Assembly (NCBI GenBank): GCA_051748045.1 | Contig: JBNJGY010000047.1 | Span: 1-15,794 of the forward strand | Source of the DNA: Thermotogota bacterium | Lineage (GTDB): Bacteria > Thermotogota > Thermotogae > Petrotogales > Petrotogaceae | Direction of reading: 5' to 3' | DNA: 15,794 bases | Shown: positions 10,211 to 15,794 of the stretch, piece after piece | Layout: each line of letters begins with the position of its first letter | Position numbering within the stretch: position 1 is the stretch's first letter | Notes under the pieces: generated by a model | Databases searched by the model: none | What the model was told of the DNA's origin: nothing | What the model saw: the letters and a program-made list of their open reading frames with translations, nothing else | Made by a program: the position numbers and the translations under genes

Positions 10211-10492
10211 TTACAAATTTTTATTTAAGTAGGTAATAACATTTTCTATTTCTTTGAATTTTTGATCTATCTCTTCTTCATCTTTTGAAATAGCAGCAGA
10301 TTTAACACACGTTTCCATATGATTTTTAAGAATCATTGTATTTGCTTTTTTTAAAAGAGCTATAGAAGCCATAACTTGATTAGAAATGTCAATACAATAT
10401 TTGTTGTTTTCAATCATTTTAATAGCAGCTTCAGTCTGACCTCTTGCAGTTTTTAACATTCTCAATGCTTTTGCATTTTTACTCTGATCCAT
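10211..10492 (-). CDS. csoR: CsoR/RcnR-family metal-sensing repressor (C-H-C fingerprint, CsoR-like)
   Basis: LKTARGQ..A..KMIENNKYCIDISNQ..A...LL......IL.NHMETCV is the classic CsoR fold pattern with Tyr-Cys and His-x3-Cys. SD AAGGAGG at 10501-10507. Confidence 0.85.
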   Translation of the reverse strand: MDQSKNAKALRMLKTARGQTEAAIKMIENNKYCIDISNQVMASIALLKKANTMILKNHMETCVKSAAISKDEEEIDQKFKEIENVITYLNKNL

Positions 10493-10525
10493 GATAAATT
10501 CCTCCTTAAAAAAGGGCTTTTCTAA

Positions 10526-10534
10526 ATTATACCA
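10526..10534 (-). promoter_or_regulatory. Putative extended -10 promoter for csoR-CMD-polA
   Basis: Minus strand TGGTATAAT (TG-n-TATAAT) lies between the tauE terminator and the csoR SD. Confidence 0.55.
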
Positions 10535-10551
10535 TTATTAATTAAAAGAAA

Positions 10552-10586
10552 TAAAAAAAGTCTTCCAGAATTGATCTGGAAGACTT
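10552..10586 (-). terminator. Rho-independent terminator of the TauE-family gene
   Basis: AAGTCTTCCAGA-N5-TCTGGAAGACTT inverted repeat (10558-10586) followed on the minus strand by a long T tract, about 17 nt after the stop. Confidence 0.85.
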
Positions 10587-10603
10587 ATATATATATTAAA
10601 AAA

Positions 10604-11344
10604 TTAAGCGAATGATTGAACTAAGTAAACAATAGCGCTAACAATAACCATTGCAAAAACAATAAATCTGATCCAATTAGAACCTTTTTTGATTGCAAAT
10701 TTACTTCCAATATATGCTCCTAAAGAGCTACCAGCTGCTAAAAATAAACCTGCTATTAAATCGACTTTTCCGTTTAAAGCAAAAATCAATAAAGAAAAAG
10801 CTGTATAAATCATTACTAAGAATACTTTTATAGCGTTTGTTTTTAATAGGTCGTATCCTTCAAGCATAACAAGAGAAATGATGAAAAAGAATCCAACACC
10901 TGCTTGCAAAAACCCACCATAAATACCTATGGCAAAGAAAACTATAAAACTAACGAAGTTGTTTATCTTAACATCTTTTTGTTCTACCCACATTTTTGGT
11001 TTCCAAATAATGAAAATACTCATAATCAAAAGAATTATTCCCACTATTGGTTTTAACATAGCTTTATCAATTTCCACAACAAGATTAGAACCCAATATAG
11101 CTCCAATGGTTGTAGGAATAGCTAAAAAAAGAGCTCTTTTAAAATCAAGTACTTTTTCTTTTTTAAATTTGGAAACAGCTGTAACATTTTGAAATAAAAT
11201 TCCTATACGATTTGTTCCGTTTGCAACGTCTAAAGGTAAACCTAAAAAATTCAGCAAAGGGAGAGTTATTAAAGAACCCCCTCCTGCGTTAACATTAATG
11301 AATCCAGAAAGGATTCCACCCAAAAAAACAAAAAAATACAGCAT
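10604..11344 (-). CDS. Sulfite exporter TauE/SafE family membrane protein
   Basis: SGFINVNAGGGSLITLPLL..LGLP..VANGTNR and GIYGGFLQAGVG repeats with about 8 hydrophobic segments. SD GGAGGG upstream of ATG 11344. Confidence 0.9.
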   Translation of the reverse strand: MLYFFVFLGGILSGFINVNAGGGSLITLPLLNFLGLPLDVANGTNRIGILFQNVTAVSKFKKEKVLDFKRALFLAIPTTIGAILGSNLVVEIDKAMLKPIVGIILLIMSIFIIWKPKMWVEQKDVKINNFVSFIVFFAIGIYGGFLQAGVGFFFIISLVMLEGYDLLKTNAIKVFLVMIYTAFSLLIFALNGKVDLIAGLFLAAGSSLGAYIGSKFAIKKGSNWIRFIVFAMVIVSAIVYLVQSFA

Positions 11345-11465
11345 TGTATTCCCTCCATTAATTCGTATTCCTTATCATTATATATTTTTTTATAAAAAAA
11401 TCAAAAAATATTATTCAAAAATAATATATAATTTAATAAAACCCAAATATAAAAAAGGTGATTTT

Positions 11466-12557
11466 ATGATTATAGAAAATGTTCTTATTGTAGATCCAAT
11501 TGATGGAGAATATACAGGAAATATAGAAATAAAAAATGAAAAAATAGAAAAGATAGAAAAAATAAATTCAGAAAACTATAAATATATAATAATGCCGGGG
11601 TTCGTAGATGTTCACACCCATGCTTTAAAAAAAATTGACACAATGAAAGCAAGCAAACTAGAATTTATACAATGGGCAGAAATGAACTTTCAATATGGGG
11701 TGACATCTTTTTTACCAAGTACAGTTTCAGCTTCAACAGAACAAATAAAAAAAGTCTTAGAAAATATGGGAGAAACAGTATTATCTATAGAAGGGATACA
11801 TCTCGAAGGACCTTTTATAAATCCAGATAAAAAAGGTGCTCAAAATGGAAGCTATATAAGAAATCCTTCTATAGAAGAATTAAAAGAAATAACTCCTGAA
11901 AAAGTAAAAATAATGACTATGGCACCAGAAAGAAAAAACTTTTTTGAAAGCGTAGAATATTTAAATGAAAAAAACATCAAAGTTTCCATAGGGCACTCAA
12001 CAGCAGAATATAGATTGTTAAAAAAATCTTTCGATAAAGGTGCAAAAAGAATCACACATTTTCCTAATGCTTTATCTCCACTTCATCACAGAGAACTTGG
12101 AGGGACAGGATCAGCGTTTTATCTGGATTTTAATGTAGAACTAATAAGTGATGGGGTTCATTGTTCTCCAGAATTTGTGGATTTAACATACAAAATAAAA
12201 GGCCCTGACAAAATTATACTAATAACTGATTCAATGGAAGCTGCGGGTTTAGAAGATGGAAAATATGAATTAGGCGGATTAGATGTATTCGTAGAAGATG
12301 GAGTTGCAAGATTGAAAAGTGGAAACATAGCAGGTTCTACTCTTCTTTTCGACCAGGGAGTTAGAAATTTCCAAAAATACACAAACGCTTCATTAAAAGA
12401 TGTTGCTAAAGTCAGTTCATATAATGCTTTAAAAGAATTAGAAATAACGGATAAGGGAAGAATAAAAGAAGGATACATTGCAAATCTAGTTGAATTAAAT
12501 AGACTACTAAATGTTCAAAAAACAATTTTTGAAGGTAAAGTTGTTTTTCAAATATAA
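11466..12557 (+). CDS. nagA: N-acetylglucosamine-6-phosphate deacetylase
   Basis: PGFVDVHTH, GIHLEGPFINPDKKGAQ, TMAPE, IGHS, THFPNA, HHRE.G, SDGVH, LITDSM, IAGS. Start reassigned to ATG 11466 (SD AAGGTG 5 nt upstream); the ORF-track extension to 11298 overlaps the divergent tauE gene. Confidence 0.95.
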   Translation: MIIENVLIVDPIDGEYTGNIEIKNEKIEKIEKINSENYKYIIMPGFVDVHTHALKKIDTMKASKLEFIQWAEMNFQYGVTSFLPSTVSASTEQIKKVLENMGETVLSIEGIHLEGPFINPDKKGAQNGSYIRNPSIEELKEITPEKVKIMTMAPERKNFFESVEYLNEKNIKVSIGHSTAEYRLLKKSFDKGAKRITHFPNALSPLHHRELGGTGSAFYLDFNVELISDGVHCSPEFVDLTYKIKGPDKIILITDSMEAAGLEDGKYELGGLDVFVEDGVARLKSGNIAGSTLLFDQGVRNFQKYTNASLKDVAKVSSYNALKELEITDKGRIKEGYIANLVELNRLLNVQKTIFEGKVVFQI

Positions 12558-12588
12558 TCAAAATAATCAAGATATTTTTAATAGTAAT

Positions 12589-12618
12589 TTAATACTCTCA
12601 GTGTAAAATTGATATAAT
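12589..12618 (+). promoter_or_regulatory. Putative promoter of the nitroreductase gene
   Basis: TGATATAAT extended -10 at 12610-12618, with a weak -35 TTAATA at 12589-12594 (18-bp spacer). Confidence 0.5.
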
Positions 12619-12638
12619 ATTCTCTGGGGGTGGAAAAA

Positions 12639-13397
12639 ATGAACTATATTGAAGCTATGAAAAAAAGGATATCTGTTAGAAAATATGAGCAAAAGTCTTA
12701 TCCTTCTTGTGCTGTATTAAAAGAGAAAACTAAAAATTTAATACCCATAAACAAAAACATAGATTACAGAATAGACATTATGGATAAAAACACAATGCTG
12801 AATCTATTTAAGGGTGTTGTTGGAAATTATGGAAAAATAATAGCTCCAAACTATTATCTTATATCATCAGAAGAAAAAGACAATTACCAAATGAATTGTG
12901 GTTTTATTGGAGAACAGTTAGTTTTAAAATTGGCATATGATGGCATAGGAACATGCTGGATAGGTGGAAAAATAGATAAAAAATTAGTAAACAAAAAATT
13001 AGAATTAAATAAAAATTACACCCCACAAATACTTATTGCTGTAGGATATCCAAAAGAAAAATTGAGATATAAAACATCAAGAAAAAGAAAATCTTTGAAT
13101 AAATTAATAATAAATAAAGAAACAGATAAATTTGATAAAATAATGGATTTTGTAATGCTTTCTCCATCTGCAATGAACTCTCAACCATGGAATTTTGAAA
13201 TACTTGAAGACAGAATAAGAGTATATGAAAACCCTGGAGTTATGAAAAAACTCCTTGCCAACCATTTAAATGGTTTTGACATTGGAATTGTTTTGAGTCA
13301 CATATATTTATCTATTTGTGAAAAATTCAAAACGAAACCAAAAATAGAAAAAGAAGAAATACAAGAAGACAATTATAAAATGAGTGTTTTACTATAA
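12639..13397 (+). CDS. Nitroreductase-family protein (two-half, TM1586-like arrangement)
   Basis: KRISVRKY FMN-binding motif, GFIGEQLVL....GIGTCWIGG, IAVGYP, RKRK, SPSAMNSQPWNF, DIGI..SH. ATG 12639 follows SD GGGGGTG. Confidence 0.88.
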   Translation: MNYIEAMKKRISVRKYEQKSYPSCAVLKEKTKNLIPINKNIDYRIDIMDKNTMLNLFKGVVGNYGKIIAPNYYLISSEEKDNYQMNCGFIGEQLVLKLAYDGIGTCWIGGKIDKKLVNKKLELNKNYTPQILIAVGYPKEKLRYKTSRKRKSLNKLIINKETDKFDKIMDFVMLSPSAMNSQPWNFEILEDRIRVYENPGVMKKLLANHLNGFDIGIVLSHIYLSICEKFKTKPKIEKEEIQEDNYKMSVLL

Positions 13398-13421
13398 ACC
13401 AGCTTTAAAAGCTGGTTTTTC
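13396..13421 (+). terminator. Rho-independent terminator after the nitroreductase gene
   Basis: AAACCAGCT-TTAAA-AGCTGGTTT followed by further Ts, immediately at the stop codon. Confidence 0.75.
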
Positions 13422-13440
13422 TATATCAAGGAGGTACATT

Positions 13441-13842
13441 ATGCTAAACAATATTATATTAGTAGAAGGATTACCAGGAGTAGGAAAAACAACAATATCC
13501 AAACTGATAAAACAAATTCTTCAAAAAAAGAATATAAAGAGCAAATTATACCTTGAAGGAGATAAAAATCAACCAGCAGACTATGAATCAGTTGCTTTTT
13601 TAAACGAAAAAGAGTATATAGATATTTTGAAAAAACATCCTGAAAATTCAAAAATAATAGAAAATATAACGCAAAAAAACAAAAAAGGTTTGAAAGGTAC
13701 TATAGAAGTTCTAAAAAAAAGACAAGAAATAGAACATAAAATATTAAACAATTTAAAAATAAAGTATCAAGTAATAAACAATTCTAATTACAAAATTTCA
13801 AAAACAAAAAAAGTGTTAGAAGAATTATTCTTCACTAGCTAA
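13441..13842 (+). CDS. Short P-loop (nucleoside/nucleotide kinase-like) protein, probably an internally deleted remnant
   Basis: SD AAGGAGG at 13428-13434, then ATG 13441. IILVEGLPGVGKTT Walker A followed by LYLEGD..QPADY. Only 133 aa, with no recognisable central Walker B/lid region. Confidence 0.65.
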   Translation: MLNNIILVEGLPGVGKTTISKLIKQILQKKNIKSKLYLEGDKNQPADYESVAFLNEKEYIDILKKHPENSKIIENITQKNKKGLKGTIEVLKKRQEIEHKILNNLKIKYQVINNSNYKISKTKKVLEELFFTS

Positions 13843-14589
13843 TGATTTAGCTATCTTTGCAGACCATTTCCTTGGTAAAATTTTAACCAAAAAAGAAGCT
13901 ATTTTATTTGTTGCCCCAGGCACAACAACCCTTTTTCCCTTCATAAGTGCCTTATAACCTATTTTTGCAACTCTTTCTGCATTCATGGCATTGCTAAACA
14001 TCTTTTTATCTTCAACATTTGCTACTTTACTAAAATTAGTCTTTGCAGCACCAGGGCATAAAGCAGTAACTGTAATATTTGTACTCGCTAATTCTTCCGA
14101 AAGAGCCTCTGAAAAAGATAAAACATATGCTTTTGAAGCATAATAAACTGCCATAAGAGGACCAGGCATCATACCAGCAAGAGAAGAAACATTCAATATT
14201 TTTCCTTTGTTTTTCTTTTTCATATCTTTTAAAAATAGATAAGTCAATTCTGTCAATGCCTTGACATTCAAATCAATCATGTTAGAATGAACAGAAAGGT
14301 CAATACCATCAAAACTCCCCATCTTACCAAAACCAGCATTATTAACTAAAACATCTACAGAAACCCCCATTTCTTTAACCCTTTTATAAACATCATTTGC
14401 CGCATCTTTTTCAGTTAGATCTTTTGCAATAATTTTAATATCCAAATCTTTGTATTCATTTTTAATTTCTCTAAGCATATCTTCACTTCTTGCAACTAAA
14501 ACCATATCATATCCATCTTTTGCAAAAAGCTTTACAAATTCATATCCAAATCCTTTAGAAGCTCCTGTGATTAAAACTCGTCTATTCAT
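13825..14589 (-). CDS. Short-chain dehydrogenase/reductase (classical SDR, DltE-like)
   Basis: ITGASKGFG, LVARS, LVNNAG, NVSS, YYASK (YxxxK), LCPG. SD GAGGTG 5 nt upstream of ATG. Confidence 0.94.
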   Translation of the reverse strand: MNRRVLITGASKGFGYEFVKLFAKDGYDMVLVARSEDMLREIKNEYKDLDIKIIAKDLTEKDAANDVYKRVKEMGVSVDVLVNNAGFGKMGSFDGIDLSVHSNMIDLNVKALTELTYLFLKDMKKKNKGKILNVSSLAGMMPGPLMAVYYASKAYVLSFSEALSEELASTNITVTALCPGAAKTNFSKVANVEDKKMFSNAMNAERVAKIGYKALMKGKRVVVPGATNKIASFLVKILPRKWSAKIAKSLASEE

Positions 14590-14607
14590 AAAATCACCTC
14601 TAATTTA

Positions 14608-14636
14608 ATTATATAAAAATAGATAAAATAAGTCAA
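14608..14636 (-). promoter_or_regulatory. Near-consensus sigma70/SigA promoter of the SDR gene
   Basis: Minus strand TTGACT (14636-14631), 17-bp spacer, TATAAT (14613-14608). Confidence 0.75.
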
Positions 14637-14645
14637 CATTAGATT

Positions 14646-14678
14646 AAAAATATAAGAGCTATTTAAGCTCTTATATTT
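14646..14678 (-). terminator. Rho-independent terminator overlapping the stop of the DUF6062-like gene
   Basis: AAATATAAGAGCT-N5-AGCTCTTATATTT inverted repeat (14648-14678) ending in a T5 run on the minus strand. One arm contains the TAA stop. Confidence 0.7.
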
Positions 14679-15333
14679 CTCCATTAAGTTTGATAATAGT
14701 TCTTTCTATAGAATCTCTTGTGTTTTTCCAGGGTAAATGATCGTTTTTGTGGTCGAACTTATCCAAATAATAAACCAAATCTTCTTTTGTGGATTTCATG
14801 TTTTTCAATTGAACATCTATAATATCATTTATAAAAGATTTTGAATTTGTTGAATCATAAAGTTTCCAAAAATGTTCAAGACAAAATCCCTTTGAATTTA
14901 CGAATTTATCTTTAAACTCATCTTTTTTCTTGTAAAGGGTTATAACAGAATCATAATAAAGGTCCATAAATTCATCTATCTTATTGCAAAGATAACACTC
15001 TTTTTCATGAAGATATTCAACATCTTTTTTCTTTTTAAAAATTTTTTTCTTATTTTTCAAAGATTCTATCTGAGCAATCTCTTGTTCCATTAGTCTGTTT
15101 AAAATAATCCCATAAGTAAGTCTATCCTGTTTTTTTAAAAGTTTATCCAGATGTACATCACAAAACCCAAAAACTTTTAAATCATCTGTGAATCTGTTAT
15201 CTATAAAAAAATCATTACCAAGCATTCTTGTCATAATCTGCTCTTCGACCTGTTTTTTTAAAACGCAAACAGGGCATTCTTTATCTTCGTTAAAAGCATC
15301 CCAAATTGGAATTTCTTGTATTTTTTCTTTAAT
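14671..15333 (-). CDS. DUF6062-like protein with two C-x2-C-x34-C-x2-H modules; start uncertain (ATT 15333, or ATG 15363/15375)
   Basis: KEKIQEIPIWDAF...ECPVC, GFCDVH, ECYLC, SKGFCLEH, FDHKN...PW...DSIER.I.KL.G resemble the DUF6062 family as I recall it. The ORF-track start at 15474 overlaps the divergent MBL gene and is rejected. Confidence 0.75.
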   Translation of the reverse strand: MKEKIQEIPIWDAFNEDKECPVCVLKKQVEEQIMTRMLGNDFFIDNRFTDDLKVFGFCDVHLDKLLKKQDRLTYGIILNRLMEQEIAQIESLKNKKKIFKKKKDVEYLHEKECYLCNKIDEFMDLYYDSVITLYKKKDEFKDKFVNSKGFCLEHFWKLYDSTNSKSFINDIIDVQLKNMKSTKEDLVYYLDKFDHKNDHLPWKNTRDSIERTIIKLNGEI

Positions 15334-15434
15334 AATAAACACCTCATTCGAAATATAATTCATTACTTCTTTCATAGATATTATAATCAAAAATTTGCTA
15401 TTATAAAAATATAGGTAAAAAGGAGATGAAGAAA

Positions 15435-15794
15435 ATGGGATGGTTTGATATCGAGAAAATTGACGATAAAACATATGTTATCAGTGAAAATAAGCATTAC
15501 GAAGAAACAAACATTTATTACTTAATTGGCGAAAAATTCAATGTTTGTATAGACACAGGGATGGGACTATATAAACTTAAAAGCCATCTAAAGGAAATAG
15601 ATGATAAAGAGGTAAAAGTAATCAACACACATTATCACTGGGATCATTTTGGAAACAATGACCAATTTGAAGAAATATTTATGAGTGAAATAACCAAAAA
15701 TAAGATAAATCAATACGACGAAGAAGAAAAGAAAAAAGTAAAAAAATTACTCATAAAAAATGTAGATGAAAAATACATACCACCAAAAAAAATT
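15435..15794 (+). CDS. Metallo-beta-lactamase-fold hydrolase, 3'-partial (not in ORF track)
   Basis: SD AGGAG at 15421-15425, ATG 15435. Translation MGWFDIEKIDDKTYVISENKHYEETNIYYLIGEKFNVCIDTGMG...VINTHYHWDHFGNN contains IDTG and the HxHxDH motif (15630-15647). Frame is open to the window end. Confidence 0.92.
   Translation, partial: MGWFDIEKIDDKTYVISENKHYEETNIYYLIGEKFNVCIDTGMGLYKLKSHLKEIDDKEVKVINTHYHWDHFGNNDQFEEIFMSEITKNKINQYDEEEKKKVKKLLIKNVDEKYIPPKKI

Noticed and set aside
10508..10521. AAAAGGGCTTTT quasi-palindrome as a CsoR operator
   Set aside because: Imperfect, and lacks the paired C-tract/G-tract architecture of characterised CsoR operators.
11298..11465. N-terminal extension of nagA in the ORF track
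   Set aside because: It overlaps the divergent tauE start and AT-rich promoter DNA. The SD-supported start is 11466.
12554..12570. ATAATCAA direct repeat after the nagA stop
   Set aside because: Only two short AT-rich copies, as expected by chance. No CRISPR-like repeat-spacer periodicity here or elsewhere in the window.
444..13651. Short opposite-strand ORFs in the track (444-860, 2326-2508, 2785-3051, 3677-3862, 4497-4682, 5086-5280, 7410-7616, 8033-8215, 8193-8411, 8557-8781, 9001-9330, 10929-11192, 11852-12055, 12158-12478, 13454-13651)
   Set aside because: All lie wholly or largely antisense to better-supported genes. They have the F/S/L/I-rich composition expected from the reverse complement of K/E-rich codons and show no recognisable motifs.
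15376..15474. ORF-track extension of the DUF6062-like gene to 15474
   Set aside because: It runs through the intergenic region and into the divergent MBL-fold gene starting at 15435.
12639..15794. Nitroreductase / P-loop / SDR / DUF6062 / MBL cluster as a single defence or detoxification system
   Set aside because: The genes differ in orientation and are separated by individual promoters and terminators. There is no operon coupling, mobility gene or flanking repeat.
15435..15794. MBL-fold gene as an antibiotic-resistance beta-lactamase
   Set aside because: No signal peptide. HxHxDH is shared across the whole MBL superfamily, and the gene is truncated, so no substrate can be assigned.

Overview
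An AT-rich bacterial chromosomal segment, most likely Thermotogota (Petrotogales-like). This is inferred from the RecA C-terminal 'EEVSLGQG' insert, a Thermotoga-type Pol I motif B (KMVNFS) and the gene order. The left two-thirds is core housekeeping DNA. A 5'-truncated chemoreceptor (+) converges at a bidirectional terminator on a minus-strand run, rimO-pgsA-thpR-recA-recX-rny. Upstream of that run is a tightly coupled csoR-like / AhpD-CMD / polA unit and a TauE-family exporter. The right third holds nagA, a nitroreductase, a short P-loop ORF that looks internally deleted, an SDR, a DUF6062-like double Cys/His-module protein and a 3'-truncated metallo-beta-lactamase-fold gene missing from the ORF track. 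I see no mobile element, CRISPR array, rRNA/tRNA or defence system, and no convincing wholly new system. The best leads are four. (1) A palindrome with LexA-like half-sites and an atypical 5-bp spacer lies just downstream of the putative promoter of the recA operon. (2) polA appears translationally coupled behind a Cu-sensor/AhpD pair. (3) The DUF6062-like gene probably starts at ATT. (4) The P-loop gene appears to carry an in-frame internal deletion.
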